Of a stretch of DNA of 64,000 nucleotides, positions 1 to 9,537 are shown piece by piece. Numbering within the stretch: the stretch's first letter is position 1; the number at the start of each line of letters is the position of its first letter. The translations under genes and the position numbers were made by a program. Source of the stretch: Pseudovirgaria hyperparasitica. Taxonomy: Eukaryota. Location of the stretch: assembly GCA_010093815.1 (NCBI GenBank), contig ML996572.1. One strand, given 5' to 3'. The notes under the pieces were generated by a model. That model was given only the letters and a program-made list of their open reading frames with translations. It was not told the origin of the DNA and made no database searches.

Positions 1-616
1 CTCTTTTCTATGCATAGCGAGACGCCCAGCCAGCCAGTAAGATGGCATAGAATGAGACGTTCAGCCTCGGTCGCGGCTCCGAGAGTATGAGACATAGACG
101 TAGACTACTCATAGTAGTTACCGTACGCTAAGAAGCAATAGTCAGTCAACATGGAGCCCCGATTGTGACGGTTTGCGCACGAGCACATACATCGGCAAAT
201 CAGCGACAGTGTCAAGCGGAGACGGCTCCGACTAGGGATGTACTAGGGAGGTAGCATGCTGAGACCCGTAATTTAGTCGTCCGTAGGGAACTGCTGTATT
301 TTCAGGGTGCGGCGAGGAGGAAGCAGAGTGTGTACTGTGGATGGAAGTTGGAGGAGGATTGGGGAAGACAAAACACACGCGGGTAAACACATCAATTTCT
401 TGTAGAATAATTGTCAGAGCAAAGAGAGAGAGGTGCCGTGGTCCGCCCGCGCGCACGGTTTGCCTTCACTTCCCTAGGAGACCCCCCCCGTCAGCACAGC
501 ATTTCATCTTTGGCATGCATGACTCAGCAGCCGTCCTTGTAGCATTTTGAAATCCCATCTTTCTAAGCATCCATCATCTATTCATCAAAATCACTAGCAA
601 GACTTCGCAACACGAT

Positions 617-2929
617 ATGAGCTCCCGTGGCTCAATCGATGATGGCTGTGGCGGTAACGGCGAGGATGCTTCTACTCGACTCCTCCCTCGATTGCTCCCC
701 GCTTTGGGAGGTCATGGAAGTCGACGTCCCAGCATTCGACTTTCGTCTGCACCGCCCAAAAGGATAGGAAATCCTATAGCATGCAGGCCCTGTAAAGCCA
801 GGAAGCTACGGGTATGTTGCCATCGAGCTTTTACGATGGACGCATCTAACATGTGAGGCGGGTGCTAGTGCGATGGAATTCGGCCAGTGTGTACAAGATG
901 CCAGAAGAAGAACACTGGTGGTTGTCAGTATGAGTTGCCCGCCGGTGTTTCTCGTCAAGTCGCCTTGAAGAACTTCAACAATGCTCTGAAGCGTGACAAC
1001 GCCGACTTGAGAGAGCTTGTGTTACTCCTGAAGACGAATAGTGAAGCTGAAGCTAAGGCAATACTCAATATGATCAGATCCCACGACGATCCTCTCATTG
1101 TTATCAAGAAGCTTCGGCAACTCGACCTGCTTCTCACTTCCCCTGACACTCCGAGCCAAGACTCTGATGAGGCTGACGTGAAAAGTGCTATTCAGGTCCC
1201 TGCCCGGCCGTGGACAAGTGTCGCGACTGACGAAGTGGTCTCAGAGCTGATCACTGCCTGGTTCGCTTGGGAAGACACGACACTCTTTTCGTATATCACA
1301 CTAGATCTTTTTGTAGCAGACATGAAGGCAGGCGATCCGGAGAGTGCGACATATTGCTCTCCCTTCCTCGTCAACGCCATCTGTGCTGCCAAAGCCGTCA
1401 GTTGCATCACACGAGCTCGAAGAATGAGAAGTGCTAACAAGACCTTCAAGTCTATGGACAAGCCTGCCGCAGACGCAGCGTCTGAAAGCACATGGAAGTT
1501 AAGCGAACGATTCCTCGCCGCTGCAAAGGAGCACCTGGAGCTCCAATGCGGACGCGCTTCGCTTCCTACCATCCACGGACTGTATTGTCTTTTCCAGCAC
1601 GCATCTATCTCAGGAGAAGATCGGGCAGGCACGTTGTATCGACTTGCTGCGATCGACATGATAAGCCGTCTCAACCTCACAAAGGTATACAGAAGCTTGA
1701 GAGACGATGTACCATCACATTTTAGGCGAAAGCAGGCTATATCACGAACCTTATGGGCTGTCTGTAACGTCGAAAGGTATGTCAAATCTACTTATGCAGT
1801 ACCCGATCCTCCACAATAAATATATTGTTACAGCTCCTGGTATTGAAGACATGTTAACATCAATCCGAAATAGTCTTACTACATCCCTGTACCTGAAGCC
1901 CACCTTATTTCCGGCACCACCAATTCCTCCCTACTTTCGAGAGCCTCCTCTCACATCTTCAAAAATGGAGGACGAGGCATTTGACTTCCTGGGCTCCCCA
2001 TTTTCTCACAAGAGTTCACAACCGCCCGTGGTGCGAGGCGCACAATATGCACTATGCGAGGTCTCAATCATCATGAATGAGGTCGTAAACTACAACCACA
2101 CCACCCGCGAGTGCCCAAGTGGTGGTGCTGCAGATATTGACATCCGTCAGGGTCTCTATCGCCGGCTCACAGATCTTGAAAGGTCCTGGCCAAGCTGGCT
2201 CAGACATGACGCTGAAGTCACCCCGCAAACTTTCGTCTTGGGGTAAGCGAGCACCTGCGTTACTACAACAGCCTGTTAACATACCCTAGCTTCTTTGCGA
2301 ATATCGTCGCCTACAACATCCTCCGTCCGTTATATAACGTCCACCCTGATACAAGCTTCGAGCCCTCGCTGCCTCCAGGCTCGATGAGAGGCCCGCTAGG
2401 GTACGCGTCAACAGCACAGTCATTCATCCTCAAACATGCTGCCATCGATGTCAACCTGATGGAGACGCTCGAGAAGCGCTGGCCATACAATATCCACCCC
2501 TTCACATCTCTTTTCCTCGCCGCACCGTACAACTGTGCCGCGACTCTAATCTCCCTCCTCCACATTCCCGTTGCACAAAATCTTTTCACTCGAGCAGTCC
2601 GCAATCTTCGCCTGCTCGAATCAGGCCTACCTTGCGTCAAGCTAATCCTCGGTGGCCTGCTGGTCGTAGCACGGTCCGTCGGCCAGCAAATCCCATCCGA
2701 AGCACAGGACATATTCGAGGGCGTGGAGGAAGCTTGCGAGCTGGAGCGCAAAGATATCCCCGTGTCGTTCCGCGCTCCTCAGGACGAAGCGCTGGTCAAG
2801 TTGCTGGCTATCAGCGAAAGTGAAAATCTGGACATGGTTGGCGAGGTGGAGAACATGGGCTCGGAGCTGGGATGCATGCTGTCGCTGTATAAGAGCATGA
2901 GTCTGAAGGGGAGGGATGGTGCGAAATGA
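617..2929 (+). CDS. Zn(II)2Cys6 fungal transcription factor with fungal-specific TF domain (multi-exon)
   Basis: Removing intron 812-868 (GTATGT..CTAAC..TAG) gives CRPCKARKLRCDGIRPVCTRCQKKNTGGC. Further plausible introns at 1397-1450, 1777-1873 and 2243-2289 join ORFs 887, 1707 and 2384 in frame. PARPWT and YCSPFLVNAICA are typical of this group. Confidence 0.9.
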
Positions 2930-3394
2930 TGTGGTATACCCGGTTTTATAATCCTGGGATCTAGGGGAGCTGGAAAATTTGCTTTGCTTAACACTCACAC
3001 ACATGAAATTTCGGACTGCGTGTTAGGCTAATGAAATGAGATATGCCTATCAATTTATAAATTCATGCTTGAGAATATCTCGTCTTTATAGAATGCTGAT
3101 GCGTGACTGACGCGAGACGTGATTGGAATTCATTATAGAGACCCAAAATCTGATACATGGACGTGACATCCATCGTAGAGACCCTACATCTATGACAAAG
3201 ACTTGATGTCGATCTACCATATACAATTTCCTCGCCACCAAGAAAGTAATCAACAACATGGATGAAGGAGATCCATGATAATCAAGAACTAAACAAGTCC
3301 AGACAAGAAAGAACCAGACTGCAGAAAGCTGGAAGGCCCAAAAACCAAAACACCCCCAAAATCCGAAATGAGGCAAGAAAAAAAAACACAAAAA

Positions 3395-3488
3395 CTCATG
3401 CCCGAGGATTTGAACCAGGGTCTTACTGAGAAACCAGACGAACTGAGTTTTTTCAATCCACGTTGTGGCACCACTAAACCATGGCCCC
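3395..3488 (-). pseudogene. tRNA-like / Pol III A-box plus B-box element (degenerate tRNA or SINE head)
   Basis: Minus strand reads GGGGCCATGGTTTAGTGGT (A-box-like) ... CCTGGTTCAAATCC (B-box), then T-runs. Acceptor and anticodon stems do not close. Confidence 0.55.
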
Positions 3489-4135
3489 GAAGTGTGGGAA
3501 CTGACAGTTAGTCGTTTCGAATTGTTTATAAAGGGTCCACATTCTGGTCTTCTCTAATTCTTGGGAAAGAGATTATACACTCGATCTATGACGCACTCAC
3601 TCAGGGCTGCTCCTTTGGGATCAACCTTCGAGGAAAAACTCCCTTAAAACTGTTTTATAGATACTCGAATACGTTCTTTCGACGACAAAATCTAGATGTA
3701 CGAGTTGGCCCTTAGATAAATTTATACATACTATACAAAGAAAATCAAGTAGATTTTGTGATAGTATGTACATCTCAGAAGCCCTTCAGATGATACTATA
3801 GTCCTATAATATTATAATAAGCCAGTCTAGATATCGCTACTCGTAATCCATCACGCAGAGACACAGACGCAAGACATGTCCAAACCTCAACACCAACACA
3901 CACCCTATACCAGCAGTATTAGGTCCAAGCGCCCAACGTTGTTGGTTCAACGACTTACAAACTTTCAAAGTTGCCGTTCTGAGATGCGAAAGAGCCAATC
4001 AGCGCACAGCCGAGCACACGAGGGAAACGAAAGGTCCAAGCAACACGCAAGACGCAAAAAAGTGGGAAATTTCGAAGCTTTGACCCGGTATGGCTGCTGC
4101 CTAACGACGAACCCCTTACGTCACTCAACCCGGCC

Positions 4136-4401
4136 CAATTGACGGACGAAAAAGGGGGCGTCCGGCGATAAAACGTCAGAGCAATCGCCGAGCAAGGAAT
4201 GAATGGCAAGGCGAAGAGTCTCTATTGACGGGAAACCAGCCAGCCAATGGGAACCTGCTCTACAGGTCTGCGCAAAGTGGAGACAGGGAGTCATATGGGC
4301 GATGTGTGTTCTCGCACGGACGGTATCGTGGGGTCTTGGCGTGGTGGAAGTGAATCTTCACAACACTGTTCAATAGCGAGTGTTTTCGCCAACCTATTGA
4401 C
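4136..4401. promoter_or_regulatory. Cluster of CTATTGA / ATTGACGG motifs upstream of the orphan gene
   Basis: CTATTGAC at 4222 and 4394, CTATTGAA on the minus strand at 4369-4376, CAATTGACGG at 4136. ATTGACGG occurs three times. Confidence 0.45.
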
Positions 4402-4824
4402 GGCCCTATCTCTAGTTGTTTTGAGAGTAATTGATGAGGCGGCAAGCGAGATTGGGAGGATGGCGTGTGATGGAGTAAAAATTTTCTCCAGGGGAGGGGA
4501 GGGGAGGAGGGGGACTGTTGGAGGAGAGTATTTATTGCGGCTTTGCTTGCTCGTTTTTTGCTTCTTCTTTCTTTCTTCCTTTCTCTATATCTTCATACTT
4601 TACATCTCTACCACTGTTGAAGATCGTTCTATCCTCTCTCATCACGTTGGTTGAAAATCGTCCACATTTACATTCATCACGCTCATCACATCGTCATTCC
4701 TCATATCGCCATTCGAAATTTCGACACTCAACACATTGCCATCTCGCCACTCATCATATCTCTTTCTTCTTTCTCTTTCGACTCCTCAACTCATCATCAC
4801 ATATTTCCTCATCATCTGCCAACA

Positions 4825-7395
4825 ATGCCTCTCAATTTGGCCCCTCTCTGGTCTTTGATCGGTGTTCTCACCGCCATCGACCTTTTCACCAAGATCATCT
4901 ACCCGGAGGCTCGGGCCGCAATCTACGAAGTCTGGACGGCCATCAGCGGTCGAAGTTCCACGTGGGCGCCTGAGGGCGCATTCGTGTGGAGCATGGTCGG
5001 CCACATCCACAGGCCTCTTCCGTTGGTGGCGGCGCCGCCAAAACTGGAAAACTCACTTCCCCTGGGAGATGCCCAGGAAAACGCAACGAACCACTACAAC
5101 ATCTACAGTGGTTTCAGTCCAAGGACAGAAGCTCACCTCTTCCAGCTTCTTCTGACAATCGCCGTTTTCCTGGGCATGCTCGTGTGGCTCGCGTTACGGA
5201 ATTCGAAGTCTTCCGCTGTGCTGGAGCAGCGAGATCCTTTCGCGGTCTCGGTGCAACACATACTTGAACAGCACAACGTGGACTTCGGTACGTTCGTGGA
5301 GCGCACCCTCCGCATGCCAATAACCACGGATGAGATCGCCGCTGCCACCATCGAGCGGCGATTCAACGAGGTCGGAGGCCTGGGTGAGTTCATGCAGAAG
5401 AGCACGGCGGCAACGGCAACCCAGGGCGCGACAATCAGCGGTCTCGCCCAGCGTCTTGGGGCCGTCGAGGCCGCCGTCGGCAAGGCTGTGGCGGCACACA
5501 GCACCCTGGAAAGGGATTTCCAGGTACACGTCACCGACTTCAACGCCCTGGCTGGCCAGGTCGCAGCAAACTCTTCTTCCGGAAAGTCCACCGCGGAGAA
5601 GGCGTCCGATCAAGAGAAGCGGCTCTTCTCGCAGATCACGAAGCTCAAGGTGCTGACCGAGAGGTTCAACACAGTGCAGTCCGACGTCAGCAAGCTCGAC
5701 GTCTCCCTGTCTCAACAGGGATCTCAATCGTTGCCCACCCAGGGGCAACTCACTGCACTGGCCCATCTGCCCCAGCAGATGGAAGACCTCGAGGCTCGCC
5801 TTCGCGAGCAGATCGCCGGGAGTGTGCTCGACCGGGTCGCGGCTGTAGAAGCCAAGGTGGAGCAGGGAGAAGCTCATTGGCAAGACCAAGCCGCTGGTCT
5901 TGCCGAATTCACAGGGAAGGCGGAGGAGTGGTTCCGTGGGGTGGAGGACAAGATCAAGGAGGCGGCTGAGGACGCCTCCGAGGTCAAGAGGGGCATGGAG
6001 GCCTTCGCGCGCCTCGACGAAGAAGTCAATTCTTCGGCAAAGGCCTTTGTGGAGCTTACCACAGAGGTCGGCAAGATGGGTGCGCGTCTGGACGAGGACT
6101 TCAAGTCTTCATCGGCCGCCATCACGAAGCTCGGCAACAACGTCGGGAACATGGGGAACACACTCCGAAAGGAGTGTGTCAAGCGACATGAGAAGGACTA
6201 TGCCGCCATTAGCTCCTTGGGTAAGGATCTTGACAAAGAGGCTCTCCGCACAAGGGCCTCCTTCACCGAGTTCGAGGCTCGCGTGGGCCGATTTGAGGAA
6301 GCTCAGAAGAGCAAAGGCTCTTCTTCTTCCTTGTCGGTGGCCACCACTCGTCCTTCGGAGGCCATCTCGTCGGAGCCTCGTGCTCCAAAACCTTCCTCCG
6401 CCCATCCCATCCCCTCGCCCCCAGTCGTCTCCTCCGCTGGACCCTCGCGCCCATCCGCGCCGACAGGGGTTTCAGAGGTGCCATCGAGGCCCTCTGTCGC
6501 CCCTCGCCCATCCACCGAGACGTCCGAACCCAAGACGTCGCGCAAGGAGGGCGCGAGGTTCCAAACCGTAGCTGGCATAGAGGCGCCAGTTCCCACGAAG
6601 CCCAAGGGCCACGGCAACCGTGGGATGAGAAAGGTGTCAGAGGCATCATCATCAACTGCACCTCCGGCCAAGCAAGAGCCGAAGACCACCACCACCACCA
6701 CCACCGCCTCTACCACCACTCCTCCCACTGTCGCCGCACCTGTCGCCGCCCCTGTCGCCGCCCCTGTCGCCGCCGTCGCCGCCCCTGTCGCCCCTGTCGC
6801 CCCTGTCGCCGTTGCCGCCACCGCCGCCACCGCCGTCCGAAAGCCATCTCAGGCTGAGAAACCGGCCTCTGCTCCCGTCGCATCGTCATCGACGGGCACC
6901 GCAGGCAAGGCCTCAAAGGCAATCAGAGGCGGGATGACCCAGAGCAAGTACGCTGCCCCCGAACAGGGCAGCGCGGTCGTCCCCAAGAAGACGCCTGCGC
7001 CCACTCAAAGCCGGGCGTCTTCGAGCCTCCAGGCCAAGGCAGTGGCCTTCACTCCAGCAGCAGCACCATCACAGGTCGAGAAGCCAGCTCCCGCCAGCTC
7101 CCAGGACGTCCGCAGCGCGCCAGTCGCCAAGCCGCAGCCCTCGTCCTCGTCGTCAAGCAGCAAGGCCGCACAAGCCCCCCAGGACAGCGGTGCAAGCAAG
7201 GAGAGTCCCGCGGGCGAGTCGTCTGAGAAGACACAAGCCCAGAAAGACGAAGAAGCGGGCCTCCTGCCGCTATGGGATGGACCCAAGACTGCGGCGCAAG
7301 AGTACGAGGAGAAGCTGCAAGCTGCTCTGAACAAACACGCGAAACTCTTCGACAACTTGCCCAAGGGCATGCACCACAGCAAGTATGCACGCTGA
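4825..7395 (+). CDS. Orphan intronless membrane protein: two N-terminal hydrophobic segments, long coiled-coil, Ser/Pro/Ala/Thr-rich disordered tail
   Basis: Long GC-rich ORF. First ATG at 4825 (MPLNLAPLWSLIGVLTAI), second hydrophobic segment LFQLLLTIAVFLGMLVWLAL, heptad-like region, then low-complexity tail. Confidence 0.8.
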   Translation: MPLNLAPLWSLIGVLTAIDLFTKIIYPEARAAIYEVWTAISGRSSTWAPEGAFVWSMVGHIHRPLPLVAAPPKLENSLPLGDAQENATNHYNIYSGFSPRTEAHLFQLLLTIAVFLGMLVWLALRNSKSSAVLEQRDPFAVSVQHILEQHNVDFGTFVERTLRMPITTDEIAAATIERRFNEVGGLGEFMQKSTAATATQGATISGLAQRLGAVEAAVGKAVAAHSTLERDFQVHVTDFNALAGQVAANSSSGKSTAEKASDQEKRLFSQITKLKVLTERFNTVQSDVSKLDVSLSQQGSQSLPTQGQLTALAHLPQQMEDLEARLREQIAGSVLDRVAAVEAKVEQGEAHWQDQAAGLAEFTGKAEEWFRGVEDKIKEAAEDASEVKRGMEAFARLDEEVNSSAKAFVELTTEVGKMGARLDEDFKSSSAAITKLGNNVGNMGNTLRKECVKRHEKDYAAISSLGKDLDKEALRTRASFTEFEARVGRFEEAQKSKGSSSSLSVATTRPSEAISSEPRAPKPSSAHPIPSPPVVSSAGPSRPSAPTGVSEVPSRPSVAPRPSTETSEPKTSRKEGARFQTVAGIEAPVPTKPKGHGNRGMRKVSEASSSTAPPAKQEPKTTTTTTTASTTTPPTVAAPVAAPVAAPVAAVAAPVAPVAPVAVAATAATAVRKPSQAEKPASAPVASSSTGTAGKASKAIRGGMTQSKYAAPEQGSAVVPKKTPAPTQSRASSSLQAKAVAFTPAAAPSQVEKPAPASSQDVRSAPVAKPQPSSSSSSSKAAQAPQDSGASKESPAGESSEKTQAQKDEEAGLLPLWDGPKTAAQEYEEKLQAALNKHAKLFDNLPKGMHHSKYAR
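6685..6837 (+). repeat. Coding microsatellites: (ACC)n and GCCCCTGTC-based units encoding poly-Thr and (A)APV repeats
   Basis: Visible tandem units; protein TTTTTTTASTTTPPTVAAPVAAPVAAPVAAVAAPVAPVAPV. Confidence 0.9.
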
Positions 7396-7584
7396 AGAAC
7401 ACCTCTTCCTCCTGGGAGGGGGACCTCACGCTGGCCTGGTTTCGAAAGGCTGCTGCAGGGACTTGTCTTCAGTTTTGCTTCTTGTTGTGCTGTATCTTGC
7501 TTCACGCGGTAGCGCTCGGCTTCGCTCCTTTCTCACACTCATCCTTTTCGACCTCGACTCATCACCTGGACTGACTTGGGACAA

Positions 7585-8611
7585 GGCTCACGTTCGAGTG
7601 TCTGGCACACTCGATCAAGCCCTACGTCCTATCTTCTCCCTGACACTCCCTGCATGGCTCACGTTTGAGTGCCTCGCAAACACTCATTCAAGCCCCTCCC
7701 TCCTGTCTTCACCTGTACTCTGGGTATGGCTCATGTTCAGTGTCTGGCAAGCACTCGTTCAAGCCTTCACCCTCTCAAGGCTCAAGTTCGAGTGTCTGGC
7801 AAGCACTTGTTCAAGCCCCTCCNNNNNNNNNNNNNNNNNNNNNNNNNNNNNNNNNNNNNNNNNNNNNNNNNNNNNNNNNNNNNNNNNNNNNNNNNNNNNN
7901 NNNNNNNNNNNNNNNNNNNNNNNNNNNNNNNNNNNNNNNNNNNNNNNNNNNNNNNNNNNNNNNNNNNNNNNNNNNNNNNNNNNNNNNNNNNNNNNNNNNN
8001 NNNNNNNNNNNNNNNNNNNNNNNNNNNNNNNNNNNNNNNNNNNNNNNNNNNNNNNNNNNNNNNNNNNNNNNNNNNNNNNNNNNNNNNNNNNNNNNNNNNN
8101 NNNNNNNNNNNNNNNNNNNNNNNNNNNNNNNNNNNNNNNNNNNNNNNNNNNNNNNNNNNNNNNNNNNNNNNNNNNNNNNNNNNNNNNNNNNNNNNNNNNN
8201 NNNNNNNNNNNNNNNNNNNNNNNNNNNNNNNNNNNNNNNNNNNNNNNNNNNNNNNNNNNNNNNNNNNNNNNNNNNNNNNCCTCACCCTCTCAAGGCTCAA
8301 GTTCAGTGTCTGGCAAACACTCGTTCAAGCCCAATCCAAGGCTCAGGTTCAGTGTCTGGCAAGCACTTGTTCAAGCCCCTCCGTCCTCATTTCGGTATGG
8401 CTCAAGTTCAGTGTCCGGCAAGCACTCGTTCAAGCCTATCCGTCCTGTCCTCACTCCCAAGGCTCAAGTTCAGTGTCTGGCAAGCACTAGTTCAAGCCGC
8501 ACCCTCTCAAGGCTCAAGTTCAGTGTCTGGCAAGCACTTGTTCAAGCCTCCCTCTCCTTTCTCACTCTCAAGGCTCACGTTCAAGTGTCTGGCAAAACAC
8601 TCGTTCAAGCC
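7585..8611. repeat. Array of ~38-bp palindromic direct repeats with variable pyrimidine-rich spacers
   Basis: Consensus GGCTCAAGTTCAGTGTCTGGCAAGCACTYGTTCAAGCC. Copies start at 7585, 7656, 7728, 7779, 8294, 8340, 8399, 8461, 8511 and 8572. Spacers are 8-34 nt. Confidence 0.95.
7823..8279. other. Assembly gap (457 N) inside the repeat array
   Basis: Run of N flanked by repeat units on both sides. Confidence 0.99.
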
Positions 8612-9537
8612 CTCTCCGTTCTGATCATATTTCTCCACACCTTCATCTTTCGCAAATCCCCAGAACAGAACGAGAGTGAGAAACGACAACTCGTACTTCG
8701 ATACGAGGAGAGTACAGAGACATACAGGACAAGGAGGACGAGGACCATGACCAGGACCAGGACCAGTGAGAGGATGGTACGGTATCTTTTGGGGGAAAAT
8801 GACTTTGGGGGGTGGGCGGAACACGTCTATCTTTTCTCTCTCCTCCCTCTCAGAGAAAGATGGGCGGGTGTTCAATCCGGGTTTTTGATTTTTGTTTTGA
8901 TGGATGGGAAAAACTGTTGTTGTTGAATGAGTGTTGCTCTGGCTTTTCAGAGAAGAATGGAATTGGGATGATTTGTTGGTTTCTCTCTTGTTTGTTTTGT
9001 TGTTGCAAAGTTCCTTCGGCTTGGGCGGGAACAATGTGGTCTTGAAGTTGCACAAGTTGAATTTTTTTTCCTTTGTTATCACGAGTTCTTGGTTTGACTC
9101 AATGAATGCATCTTCATCTCGTTCATGATGTCTCTTCTCATCGTCATCTTTTGCCGTAATGTGTCTTTCATCATGATGTGACCATGTGTGTGGTATTGCA
9201 ACTAGATGCTGTTGTATTTGTGTTGCATCGCGAGTTGGAACTGAATTGCAATTGAGTATGTGGGCAATTTCCGATTGGTTGCTATACGACCGTGTCTATG
9301 CTACGCCGTGGATGCAGAATTATGACAACAATTAACCCTCTAAGTATGATATGATGACATTCCCAATAAATCACGACGACGGTGCAGCGTCCTTGATATG
9401 CGTTGGTTGCGACGCGGCCTGCTCGCCTGCAACGCCACAGATTACTCATTCTCGTCATACCGAAACATCGGAAGATATCGCCATACAGTATAGCATATAT
9501 TGCAGATAGGGACTTGGGCGGACCGTCTTCGCAGTGC

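Noticed and set aside
3395..3488. Functional tRNA-Phe (TTGAAAA loop)
   Set aside because: Acceptor and anticodon stems do not pair.
4651..4824. N-terminal His/Ile-rich extension of the 914-aa ORF
   Set aside because: Starts at TTG and is TCA-rich low-complexity leader; ATG 4825 is the more plausible start.
7585..8611. Bona fide prokaryotic CRISPR array or bacterial contamination
   Set aside because: No cas genes; spacers vary from 8 to 34 nt, are low-complexity and related to each other; flanks are continuous with intron-containing fungal genes.
7385..8926. ORFs of 513, 319, 273 and 172 aa across the array
   Set aside because: Artefacts of N-runs and stop-poor repeats; unit lengths do not keep a consistent frame.
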